Source: Azolla caroliniana (taxonomy: Eukaryota; Plantae; Polypodiophyta). From it: 64,000 nucleotides of DNA. Made by a program: the position numbers and the translations under genes. The stretch covers positions 4,774,001 through 4,838,000 of the forward strand of contig JBHGNT010000021.1 in the NCBI GenBank assembly GCA_043228905.1. The letters are read 5' to 3'. Position 1 is the stretch's first letter. Every line of letters begins with the position of its first letter. Shown in pieces: positions 21,721 to 34,500 of the stretch. Below the pieces are notes generated by a model. That model worked only from the letters and a program-made list of their open reading frames with translations, did not search any database and was not told the DNA's origin.

Positions 21721-24700
21721 TACGAGTAGCTAGCCCACCTCCACTCTTAGTTCAAGTTACCTTGAACTCTCTATGCTCCACACATAGACACAAAGATAAT
21801 ATCTTTTGCTCTACCTTATATATGATGAGAGCCGTATTTGTCGTGCCTATGTGGGATATCTCACAATTTTCTCTTTTCCTTTCACAAACTTTATACCCTC
21901 ATATCTTGACATTTAGTTGTTCGTTTCTCGTGTAATAAAGTGCATTCGAAACCTCCATCATTTTGTACTTAGATATTAAATTTATTTAAAATGTAATCTT
22001 CACAATTATTATATTATGTGATTCATACTCGATTTTGTACGTTTTATGGGATTTTCACACTATTGCCAAAAATCTTCACGACAGCGTGGAACACCAGGTT
22101 CCGAGCCAGATAGATACTGCTCATGTTGTCGCAGTAAAGGGAAGTCAGATCCTTGATGGGTACGCCCAGATCCTTGAGTATCCTTTTGAGCCATACGGCT
22201 TCACATGCGGCCACTGTCGCGCCCTTGTATTCCGCCTCTGTGCTCGAAAGAGCGACAGTTGGTTGCTTTTTGCTACTCCAAGATATTGCTCCGCTTCCGA
22301 GGGAGAAAACAAATCCGGAGGTTGATCTTCTATCGGGTTTGTAGCCGGCCCAATCAGCGTCTATGTACCCCTCGAGTCGTATTGGCATCGCGGTCTTGTA
22401 GAGGATGCCGCAATCCATTGTGCCGCTCAAATATCGTAGAAATCGCTTAGCGCAATCCAAGTGAGTATCATGCGGTGTTTGCATGCATTGAGTAAGGAGA
22501 CCAACCGGATAACTGAGATCGGGTCGAGTGATCGTGAGGTAGATGAGACTCCCGATGAGTTGTCGATACTGAGTCAGCTCACACGCTTTGGTGCCGGAGT
22601 TCGCATCCAGTTTGAGATTGCGATCGAGTGGGGTTGTCACGGATTTGCACTCAGCCATACCGAACTTGTATAACAAGTTGAGGATGTAGTGCCATTGAGA
22701 GATCATGATTCCAGCCGAAGTCCGAATTACCTCTATGCCGAGGAAGTAGTGGAGCTCCTTCATGCCCGTCATCTTAAACTTGTCAGAAAGGAGGGATTTG
22801 ACCTTATTGATTTCGACGAGATGCTCACCTCCAATGACTAGGTCATCCACATATAAGATGATGACGATCGGACTTGCGGAATCGCTTCGTATGTAGAGGG
22901 AGTTGTTTGATTTTGACATACGAAAGCCGATTTGATGAAGATATTGCGTTATCTTCGAATGCCAAGCACGCAGTGCTTGCTTGAGGCTATAAAGTGGTTT
23001 CTTGAGTCGGCATACAGCTTTTGGATGGGTGCTCGAGTTGAAGCCGGGTGCTTGTATCATATACACCTCCTCTTCTAATTCGCCTTGTAGAAAGGCATTC
23101 TTGACGTCCATTTGATGGAGGTGCCACCCTTTCGCTACGGCAAGCGCTATTACAGTTCATACCATCGTCATCTTTGCCACCGGGGCAAAAGGTCTCTTCA
23201 TAGTCAACTCCATGCATTTGTGCGTAGCCTTTTGCTACGAGTCGCGCTTTGTAACGGTTGATAGAACCGTCGGCGTTGTACTTCACTTTGTAAATCCATT
23301 TGCATCCGATCACCTTTTTGTGTGGTGAGGTGGGAACGAGATCCCACGTCTCATTCTTCCATAGTGCCTGCATCTCCTCGTTCATGGCTCCAATCCATCG
23401 CAGATCCTTGGCTGCTTCGGAGAATGTTTCCGGCTTGCGTACTATCGCCACCTTCATCATAAAGGCATAGTGATATGCCATGTAGTCGTTCTAGCCGAAT
23501 CGGCTGACTAGATTCTTTTCACGGGTGGAGCGACGGAGCTTTTCATTTGCAAAGATGAGGGCTTTCTTAGCTCCAATTGGTACATCGAAGTCGTCGAACT
23601 CACTGTCGAGTGAGTGAGTCAACTCATCGTCATCGAAGCGATCGTCTGTATATTCCGACATTTTCGCCTTGCCTTTGTCCATCTTCGAGCTAGGCCGTGA
23701 TGTGCTTTGATCGCTCAAAGGCTCTTGTGGTCCACTCAGTCGGGTCGTGATCGGACTTTCTTCGAACATGCGTGTAGGGCGATCCTCATCCTCTATCTCT
23801 TGTTTGGTGGATTCCGGGTCGAGCGGAGTCAGAGTCGGAGTTGTCTCTGGTGCATACCAGGATGCGGACTCGTAAAAAACGACATCTCGACTTACTCGAG
23901 ATTTTCGAGTTGAGGGGTTGTAGCCCTTGTACCCCTTTTGCTCTAGTGAGTATCCTACGAGGATACATTTCTCCGACTTTGGATCAAGCTTTTGACGCTT
24001 CTCGTCAGGGATATGCACGTATGCTATTGCACCGAATATCTGGGTGTGCAATAAGTCTAGCTTCTTTCTGAAGTATTTTTTGTGCAGAGTGACCTCGTGC
24101 ACGCCAGATGTTGTGCACCGGTTCATTAGGTAGACGACCATATTTGCAGCTTCGGCCCAATATGACTTGGGCATATACTTCTCGTTCATCATGGCCCGCA
24201 CAACTTCGAGGATGTGCCGATTTTTGCGCTCGGCTACTCCGTTTTGTTGCGGAGTGTGTCAGCAAGTGAATTCTCGCTGAATTCCTTCCTTTTGGAGATA
24301 TGCCGTGAAATCGTCCGAGAAGTACTCCTTGCCACCATCCAATCGAAGGCATCGTACATGTCGGCCCGTGGCTTTCTCGACTTCATTCTTGAATTTTTGG
24401 AAGTGTCCAAACACTTTGCTCTTTTGCCGCATTGGGTAGATCCAAGTGTGCCTAGAGAAGTCATCGATGAAGAGTACGTAATATCGGCGTCCGCCGAATG
24501 TAGCCGTCTGCGCCGGTCCCCATACGTCGGAATGGACTACGTCGAGTAGACCTTTGCTCACGTTCTGCTCTTTCGGGAATGGGTGTCGGTGTTGCTTGCC
24601 AAATTGGCACGCTTCGCATATACCTTCAATCTCCTTCTCTTTGAATGTCGGAAGTCTGATGACGACTCCTTTCGATTTCATTGGTTTGAGTTTGTTGAGA

Positions 24701-25106
24701 TTGATGTGGTCGATTCGCTTGTGCCATAGCTTTATGTTGGAATCGGCTTTCATGCCCTTTGCGAACATGGCCGATTTCATCTCGTGTTAGTCGAGAATGA
24801 ACATTCGGCCCTCTCTTCGTCCGCGTGCGATGAGTCGGCCTTCTTTTTCGATGAAGCAACCGCCTTGATTAAATCAAACTTGCATCCCTTGCTCTACAAT
24901 TTGGCCGACAGAGACCAAATTCTTCGTAATGGTCGGTACATGTAAGACATTTTTAATGTAATTTTGCTTACCTTCTCTTCCAAACGGAACATTGCCGATG
25001 TGCCGAATCGGGTGCGTAGTGTCGTCTCCGGTTTCAACATAGCCGGGTCGGTCCGTCTCTCGAAGTTCTAGGAACCATTCTTGATGCAATGTCATATGGT
25101 TCGAGG

Positions 25107-25679
25107 TGATGGGAACTCAACGCTCCTTATGCACAACGCTCGGCCACAACCGAGCTTAGAATCATACACAGAAAACTGGAAACGGAAAACACGCGACACA
25201 AAGGAGAAGAAAAAAATGTACACAGGATGTTTATGTGGAAAACCCAAACTAAGGGAAAAACCACGGCAGCCCACAGGCTGCAAACTATCACTATGTTAGA
25301 ATGTACAACAGTGAGTTCATAGAGGCAACGACCTCGTGCTCACGATCTTCACCACAAGCGGCGGTTACAACAGAGGCAACGACCTCTTTCTCTCTCTCTC
25401 TCTCTCTGTACATTGTTACGCGCTCTCTCTTCTTCTTGCACCAACAAGAATAACAACAACAATCTAAAAGTTTGCCCTAAGTCATATTTATACTAATATG
25501 ACTTTTCGGCTATTTACAAATATAGCCTCGATGGACTCTCAGAAACATATTTACGAATATGTCTCTTCATCCGGTGAGCATTCCTCACCGGGTCTGCACC
25601 ATCCGGCTCTCCGTAGCCGGGTACTCCTCATCCGGTTCTCACCGGGTCTGCACCATCCGGAGGGACCTGTCTCCCAACA
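25107..25679 (-). mobile_element. Solo LTR (573 bp), 54-bp-repeat family, copy 3; TSD CGAGG
   Basis: CGAGG at 25102-25106 and 25680-25684; interrupts the Copia-C protease motif DSGAS|NHMT; under two repeat units. Confidence 0.93.
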
Positions 25680-26994
25680 CGAGGCACCGGAATCGACGAA
25701 CCATACGTCTTCCGGACCGGAGGCATTAGTTGAGGTAGAGGCCGAAATAGAGTTTGCTCTATGTTTCATCATGAACATTCCGCCACGGTCGGAGTTGTGT
25801 GCATACATTCCGCCACGATCTTCGTAGTCGGAGTTGTGCCCGTACATTCCGCTATACTCTTCGTAGTCGGAATTGTGCGCGTAATTCGTGAGTTGTCAGC
25901 TTTTGGAAGCCGATTCACGCATCTTCTTTCAGCACTCTTCTTCGTGGTGGCCGTGCTTTCCGCAATATCCGCATTTGATTGCGTTTTGACGGCTCGAGCC
26001 GGAGTGGAAGCTCCCCCTTCTTGCAAAGGTTCCTCATTGGCTTCCGTTTTGTGGCCGAAATTGAGAGTTGTTGTCGTAGGTCAGACCTCATCCGCCTTGT
26101 CCTTGGCCGAATCAGCCTCTCGCTCGTCCGCGTCCTCTTCCTCCGTTCGAGTGCATGTAGAGCATGTGGCCTTCCGACTCATTGCTCCTTGTACACATGT
26201 GGTTTTCTTCGACCAATAGCATTGATTAGAGCTCGATGAAGGAGGGAGATTTCTCCCTTGCTAGAACGGCGGTTCACATCGCACCGAACCATGGTGCGAG
26301 GCCGCTGAGGCATATTTGCACCATCTCATCATCATTGATACTTACGCTTATCAAGCCGAGTGAATCACAGAGCTCCTTGATCTTCCAGGTGTATGTCGTG
26401 ATGGACATGTCCCTTTGTTGAATGTTGTTCAACTCTTGGTGGAGTTGAAGCCTTCTTGCGGTTGTGTTCGCCACAAAATCTTTCGTAGATTTTCCCATGC
26501 CTCCTTCGGCGTCTTGGCTTCGCGAATGTAGCCAAGCATGTGATCGTGAACACATGTCGCCAAGCAGTACATCACGCGGCTTACGGCTTGCTCCCATGTC
26601 GCGTATCCGGGAGTCGCTTCGGCGGGTCGGTCTTCATGCTCTCCTTTAATGTAGCTCCAATAGCCTTGTCCGACAAGGTATTGGTGCATCTTGTACTCCC
26701 AAGATGCGAAGTTGTTTCGATCCAACTTCTCGGTAGGGAGAGCGCTCCCCATTTGAGTATTCATTATGTCAATTCTTCTTCTTCTTCTTCTTCTTCTTCT
26801 TCTTCTCTCTTCGAATACGAGCTATGTAGCGAAGCTACGATAGCGATGAGCCGGTTCTTGGTCGTCAGCGTAGAGCACAACACACGATCACGATGAGGCA
26901 AATGGGCTAGATCGAGTTACCAAATCGCTCTGATACCATGTAAAGAATCAGGTATGATTCATGTGTAGCGGAATAGGTGTGAACTGTGTGTGTG

Positions 26995-27040
<46 letters not shown>

Positions 27041-27713
27041 AGTAAGACACAGAGTATATGCCAGGTAGATTATATTAACAAAGGAGAAAGACTCAACATA
27101 ATACAAGGTGGGAGGAAGGTGCTTTATATAGTCACCCTCTCTCTTCATTAACTACAAGACTCATGGAGCATGGGGAATGTGAAAGCTCATAAGTTATGTG
27201 TCATAGAATATGATTCTATGACTCATACTAAATGCTAGAATACAAAGAGGTGACATAGTGGTGACTCTTGACCGTTGGAGTGTCTATTCACTCTCAAGGT
27301 GAGTTCACACACTAGACCAAGTTAAGCTTGATTCTCAACAATGTTTTTATATTGTGAAGCAATAGCCATGGTTTTTTTGGGGGTACGTAGACCATCTAAA
27401 TCCTAAACAATCGTGTAAAACCTCAAACAACTAAGCCCTAAAATCCCCCCATTTCATGTGCATATATAAGAAATCTAAGAAACCCCATCCTATACATAGT
27501 TGTATTACACTAACATAAATTAATATTACACTAACATAAAATTAAAAAATCTAAGAAACCCCATCTATACATAGTTGTATTACACTAACATAAAATTTTG
27601 CTATAGCATAACACTATTGAGAGAGAGATGAGAAAATTGGCAATCGAACTCAAGACATAAACAATAGTGCCATGACAACATACCACTAAGGTGAGTCGAT
27701 TTGTAATGACAAT

Positions 27714-28247
27714 TAGCAATGGGCCTGGTTTCGGCTTAAACCGAACCGAACCGTTAAACTATGGTTTAAAGGTTTATAAGTTTCAAAATAATTACATGGT
27801 TTGGTTTGGTTTTAATTAATAATAAACAGTTATGTTTCAGTTTGGTTTGGTTTTGAAACTAGGGTTTATAGGTTCTTGGGCTATCTTTTTTTATCCATTA
27901 AATGTGTATGTAATTTAATGGTTTAATTAATGTTTTTCATTGGTTTAATTCACTTAACTAAATTTTTTATTTAATCTAATGGCTCAATTAATCTTATTTA
28001 TTTATTTAAACATAAATGCTTATTTAATTTTGTGTATTTTTAATTAATTAATTTTTTAATTAGCTTGGCTTAAAAGTGATTAGGTCTAAACTTTTTATTA
28101 AATGGTTCGGTTTGGTTTTAACTTTTCCGTAAACGGTTTTGGTTTAAATGGTTTAGTTTACCTTTTTTTTTAAATGGTTGGGTTTAAATGTTCGAATATT
28201 CATAAACGGTTTGGTTTGGCACCGAAACCGAACCGGGCCCATTGCTA
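27714..28247. mobile_element. Non-autonomous hAT-like TIR element (MITE-like)
   Basis: TIR TAGCAATGGGCC...GGCCCATTGCTA; subterminal AACCG/CGGTT repeats; AT-rich core; no 8-bp TSD recognisable. Confidence 0.7.
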
Positions 28248-28531
28248 GTTGTATATATATTAATATATATATATGTATATACATATTGCCATGAGGAAAA
28301 TCTAATTTCCACGTGGCACGTGTTATTTATTTTTGCACCTGTTATTTATTTATATTTATATTTTTGAACCCTCCTCCGACAGAAGAAGCTTCCTGTCGCC
28401 ATATCTCTGCCAAGAAAACAGACGTAGGAAGCGGAGAAGAATTAGAAGACGAAGGTGTAGCAGGAGAAAGCAAAACAAGGAGCAGCGAGCGACTAATCAG
28501 TTCCTTTCTCGCGCGGACGCCTCAGTTTCTC

Positions 28532-31500
28532 ATGGATTTCAAGGCGCATTCCGCATCGCCGAGATCATACATGTGCGATAATCGCCTTCTCGTCAAAGGA
28601 CCTGAGGTATTTCTTCCATTCCTTCCCTTCCGTTTCTGTTTTGATCAGCTTCCGTCTCAGTTTCCATTCCTTTTCCCATTTCCTTTTTCAATAAGATATT
28701 GTTGATGATTTTGCTTCAACTTCTTTGATTGTGAGGGTTTCCATTGATTTCCTTGCAGCATTCTTCCCTCTGGTTTTTTTTCTTCATTTCCATTTCTTTT
28801 CCTATTTCCTTTTTCAGTAAGATCTTGTTGGTATTTTCCTTGCAGGTTCAGCAATACATGAAAAAGAAACGACAAGAATGGAAAAACAAACAGAAAGATG
28901 AAGTTGCACTGTCTCATGCAGCTTTGCGTGCTAAGAAAGAAAAACTAGAAGCTCTAGAGATGGAACGAAGAGCACGTTTATGTTTGTGAGTAGAATTTAA
29001 TACCAAAATCTAAGCATTTTATGTTTGTAATTAGCATAAACATATAAACCAGATTATAAGCTTGTCAGGAACAGATACCAAAATCCAACTTTTATAATGT
29101 TGTACCATATATCAAAATCTAAGAGTTTAATTTTTGTAAATAGCATATGCATGCATATATATAAATGCCAAGCTTGTGAGTTGCATATAATAATTTCCAA
29201 GATTTTATGTTTGTGTGTTGCTGTATCAATTTCTAATTTTTTTATCGAAGTATGATTGCTTTCTGTTTGTTAGCAGCAAAAGCGTTATATACCAGATTCT
29301 AAGCTTGTCAGTAGCATATATCAAATTCCAGCTCTTGTGTATAGCTCTCAAATTCCAAAAGCTCTTGATTTTCACCTATTTACTCATCTACTTTATTTTT
29401 GAGCAGCTGTGGTACTATTTAGGTTATCTCTATGGGTCGGATAGTCAATCGATCGTGTTTAAAAAAGGAGATCCTGATTTATTACTGTCACCTCCTTTGT
29501 CAAAAAGGGAGTCTTTCGGAAGATATTGCTTCTGGCTATTGATTGTTTGAAAGATCTTTCCTAAAGGAAAAAGTGATTAGCTCAGTTAGGTGTCATGTCA
29601 ATCTCTCCAGCGAATAGAATATGCTGCATATATAATGAAGATCTTGCGAATATCTTGACTCTTGATCACTAAGTTCATTTGTAAGATCTACCCTAAAATG
29701 AAACGTAGTTAGCATAACTTGGTTTCCAAATGACCAGTGAATATTTACTTAGAATTGTATATCAAAATTTCTCTGGCAAAGAGAATATGGCACATAAAAA
29801 ATGAAGATCTTACAAATACCTGTGGCTGTCGATTATTTAAATTTGTTTGTAAGATCTTCCGAAAAGGAAAGTATCCCTAGCTTAACGTGGCCTCCACACG
29901 ATCAGCGGATATTTACTAGGGATCTAGTGGTGAATATTTTATGTATGCATCAATCAAAGAGCTTGGTATGATCCCTCTGGACATTTTCCTTTGGATTCGA
30001 AAATAATAGAGAGCAATTATATGCTGCAAAAATATATTAAAATGTATAATATTACAGAGGGTATCCAGTCAATAGCTGAATATTTCAAATTGGACAAGAC
30101 TCACTAAAAAATAGCTAATGTTTTGCTCATCCATTCTAGCCGAGTGTGCATTCTGATAACTTAATTAATCTTATTCAATTAGGTTAACAAGTTCTAAGTT
30201 GAGTTATTTTCCAATATGATTGATGGAAGTATCTCTTTTGCCATTCATTAACTAGTGAAGGGATAAATGGACGAGAAAAATCAGAAACTGCTGGAAGACC
30301 TCAATGGGACTCCAACACTTTATCGCCAGTGAGTGATATAAATGGACCTTGGTCAAACATTTCGGAATTAACAATGGAAATTGATTTTCCTTTGCCAAAA
30401 CCAGTTGACACAGATGAATTCCCAGTACTATGTCTAGATGCTAATGGGAAATCAGAAAAAATCATAGACTATAATAAAAAAAGTAGGTTGAAATCACCTC
30501 CAGTAAGAGCAGAAATTTGTTCTGAAAAGAATAATTTCCCATCCGAAGGACGACGTTCCAGAGGCAGGAAGATATCAGGGAACAAATACATATGCAATGG
30601 TGCTTCTTATAAAAATACCATCTCTTTACAAAGTTCTGAGAACAGGAAATTAAAGAAAAGACACACTACTTCCAAGGCAACTTCTATTATCACTGTTTGA
30701 ACTTAACAGCTGGTTCATTTCTTATTAATTTGACGATGTAAGTTCTATTTCTGACTTTAGTTTTTCATTATCTCAGTATATAAAGAATGAGTTTGGCAAA
30801 AAGAAAGCGCAATGCCATTCTCAAAAAAGTTTTATAGAGAATACAAAGAAATCAATAATATCCATGAACTACTCAAAGCAGCAAAATGGGCTTCTTCAAT
30901 CAGGACGATTGTCAGCTCATAGAACTGCTCACATCACTAGCAATTGTATGGAAAGACGCCCTAAAGAATGCTTGCCAAATAAGCGGAAAATAGCAACACT
31001 TAACCCAGCTGATGAGACTTTGAATGCTTGTGAGAGAAGACATAAAATGCCTACTAGAAGAAAGATGTGTTCTTCACAAATAGAATTTTGTGATCCATTG
31101 AAGCAAAGCATACATTTGGTTGCATCTAGGAATCTTGGTAACAAAAAGGATGCCGATCTAAGGCAAAAACCAGATCATGCACAATGTATAACTTACCACC
31201 TAGAAAAGCTTCCATATAAACATCAGGTTGAAGTTCTTAATGAGAGAAAACGGGTTGCCCTATTGAAGCTATTGGCGCAACAGCTAGTGAAACGTATTGA
31301 CGCAGCACAATTATGCTGTTCTTCACCTCCTCATACTGGTAAAGTTCAAGCACATGCTCTTCTGTTGAGACGCAACCTTATGAAATTTCAGAAAAAAATA
31401 TATAGCATTGAAAAATCATTGCAAGGAGACTGTCATCAAAGTTCAAGAAAGAAAACTCGTGGCTTTATTGTCTTGCCATGCAAGCTCCAGAGAAATTCCA

Positions 31501-34500
31501 GACCTTTATCTATAACCGCTAATCAAGGAGAAGAATCTCAAGAATGTTGCAAGTTACTGGAAACAAGAAATGCTGTAAACCAAAATGTAGTTTCATGTTC
31601 CTCTTCAAGTGACTTAAGCTTCCATGCATCAATTTCATCAATCATATCATTGTCAAATGGTATAATCTCGTCGGAAAGGTCGGTCTCCTCCTGCCTATTT
31701 GGAGGACCGGGAAAAGATCAATATCGGTATCAATATTCAATAGATTCTCTGTATAATTCGGAGGGAGATAAAGATCAAAGGCTAGAAAAATTATGGCACA
31801 ATAGCAGTCAAGGTGAGTCTTTAGATTATAAAGGACTTAATCCTTTTGGAATGATTGAAGATATTTTTAATATGATTTGCAAATAATGAATTCTGTATGT
31901 AGAAAGTAATTTCTATCGATATTGCGTACATGCAACCCAAGCATTACATCCATCATCCATGTTTGTGGAGTGCCCAAAGGGCACATTGAGAAAAGGTATT
32001 ACCATAAATTAGGAGTAGAATTATAAACCACTAGCTATACAGTACTGGGAGTTACAAGTGCACGCATATGGTAAATACAACTAAACGTTAGATTTTTTAG
32101 GTGAATATTGATTCCTGAGGATCATTGATTTTGCTGAGGATCATTGATTTTGTTGAGGTTAGCTTTTAAGATATTTTATTGTGTTTTATGAATGCAGGTG
32201 ACCTATTTACTAGTAGTGCGTTTCCACAATGTATATTGTTGATGGATTCTAAAGCGTTTCAAACCTCCCTACTCATAGCATGCATTTCTTTATCATCATT
32301 TGCTTTTGCTACACCTAGTTTAACCATACGCATTTTCAGAAATGTCAGTGGTAGAAATAAAGAGAGAATGAATAGAGAACTGAGGGAAGAAAAACTGAAC
32401 TGAACTGTGTCTTTGAAAGGAGATGAGAAACCATGTGAAGAGATGAAATCTTAAATACCATCTTCTATGCCATATGCCATATGGTCATTTATGTTGAGAG
32501 AATGCCATAGTTCCTTTCATTGTAAAGACCAGAGCAGAGCTACACAAACTTCATTGAAACTTCAATAGTTGGTAGTAACTGATAAAATGGATGAGGTAAA
32601 TGGGTTAAAATAAGGACAGTTAATATCAACTCAAGGAATGGCCAACATGTATGCATAATCTTTAAGAACTATTGAACAAAGTAGAAAATGACAGGTCCAG
32701 GAGGGCCTCAGAGTGAACTAACACCAATGACCATAAATAACTCACAGATCCACCTTCAGGTGTATCTGAGTATGAGTTCCTTTTAATCAACTTTCTGCCC
32801 ACAATGATGGCAAATGACATAAGAAAACAAGAATCATCTACATTGTAAGAGACAAAAATAAGATTTTATTATAATCCTCTTTTAGAATATGTAATTGATG
32901 TATAGTTGTATCCTAGATTGAGTAACAGCCGTGAGTTCTCCATTTCAACACAGATTTGAGGGACAATCTACAAACACCCCAAATGGATATTAAAAACCAT
33001 ACAACAGGTCGAGGATTTCAAATTTGGGATCATCAACTCTTGGTCAAGGAGCTTGAGGTAATCTTTGTTTGTGCTTTATATCCGTGCTATCTAAACTTAG
33101 AACTTAATATTATTGCATGTACAAAATTCATGTCCACGTAATGCTAGTCTGATGACTACACTATGCCACCATCCATGGGAATTATTCATGGGGATGGAGA
33201 AGGATTTCAGGTATGACCTCAAAAGGCCCATGATGGAAATAATGGGAGCAGGACAAGGCCAAGGTTTATAGGGAGATGCATTGTCTCTTGGAATATATAC
33301 AGAGGTGGATGTTGACTGCTATATTGCAAGTTTATTTTTTGTTTTCTGTTGGGTGCAGTGCAGTAAATTTAGAGTCTAATCACATGGCTATCAGAGTTGA
33401 GATAAGTTGGAACAAGTATCATAGAAACCTTGAAGGATGTATGATATCATTGGTTTGGGGCACATTGGTGGAATTCATGGTCCATCTTCTGCAGCATGAA
33501 AGATCATGCCATAACTCCAGTAGAACGACAATTCAGTATGAACATACACTGGTCAGTTGCTCTCTAATCTCAGCTCTGGTCGTAAACCATATTTCTGACC
33601 ATACTTTGGTAAATGACTTTTTGCTCTTTGCGTCATATAGGAGGGGGGCAATCAATAGGCTGGTAGTAGGGCTATCTACAAACAATTACTTTGCCTCCTC
33701 ACCGAGGGGTTGTTAGTGATTGACTCAGAAACTCAGAATAATTTACTCCGGAAATACAATACTTCTATAATCAGACCTACAACAATGTATTGTACTCCAT
33801 GAGGAGGCGAGGTGGATTTCCTCTCTGATGCTTTCCTGTGCATATTTTAAATTCATTTGCGGAATTTACACAAATCGTCTCTAGGTGAATGATAGTTCAT
33901 GCTTGAGCACAGTTGGAAAATGGGCTCAATATATTGGATGTTGTCCCACATGTGGCGTATATGATGTGCACTTGTTTCCTAAAGATGGGCAAATATGAAG
34001 CCATTGCCCATCATGTTTACATCATCCAATGGCAGTGTTTTTTCAAGCATAACAAGGTTGGAAGAAACTTCTTCCGTTGCAACTCTTACTGGGCTATTTG
34101 CAAGTAAATAACCCTCAAGTAGAATGGAATGCAAAGTTTACAATCAAGTACATCAGGAAGCTTTCCAATTGTGTGGTGCAGTTTATATGGCAGCCATGCA
34201 ATGCCAGCTCATTTAGTTAGTGGGATACTGTTCTAAAAGTGTTTGTATTATTCATCAACCATGTTTTTCGAAACTTCAGTGGAAATCATGCAATTCTATA
34301 TATGTGCATTTAAATGGAAGAGAACATCTAAATGTGCCTTATGGATTGTTATTTTCCCCAAATTCCAAATTTTCATGAACTCTTGTAAATCAGAAACTGG
34401 ATGGAGAAATCAGAGACACCAAAGCAAGGATGGCAAACAAGCTTCAGTTGGTATCCTCTAGTGCAGATAAAGAGCTTGCAATGCAGTCTATATCAAGCAG

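Larger units (their letters stand above)
20884..22083 (-). mobile_element. Solo LTR (1200 bp) with 12-bp terminal inverted repeat TGTCGTGAAGAT and 4-bp TSD ACGT/GCGT, inserted in Copia-C RNase H
   Basis: Splits the FHA|RTKH codons; TSD at 20880-20883 and 22084-22087; TATA-like CTATAAAAGAAGG on the minus strand near 21170; shares motifs with 478-1183. A TIR DNA element cannot be fully excluded. Confidence 0.8.
20709..26764 (-). pseudogene. Copia-C gag-pol (several frameshifts and stops; protease and RNase H split by solo LTRs)
   Basis: Gag MGSALPTEKLDRNNFASWEYKM; protease WFVDSGAS|NHMT; IN DVVHSDVWGP; RT ILYVDDLVI; RH YIDADWAG..FHA|RTKHIEVHYHF. Confidence 0.92.
20030..27340 (-). mobile_element. 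Full-length Ty1/Copia LTR retrotransposon (Copia-C), TSD ATGTT, carrying two nested solo LTRs
   Basis: LTRs 20030-20411 and 26939-27340; PBS 26927-26938; PPT 20412-20424; ATGTT at 20025-20029 and 27341-27345. Confidence 0.96.

Noticed and set aside
27630-27695. Possible tRNA/SINE head on the minus strand (CCTTAGTGG...GAGTTCGATTG)
   Set aside because: Boxes are degenerate; no fold, tail or TSD support.
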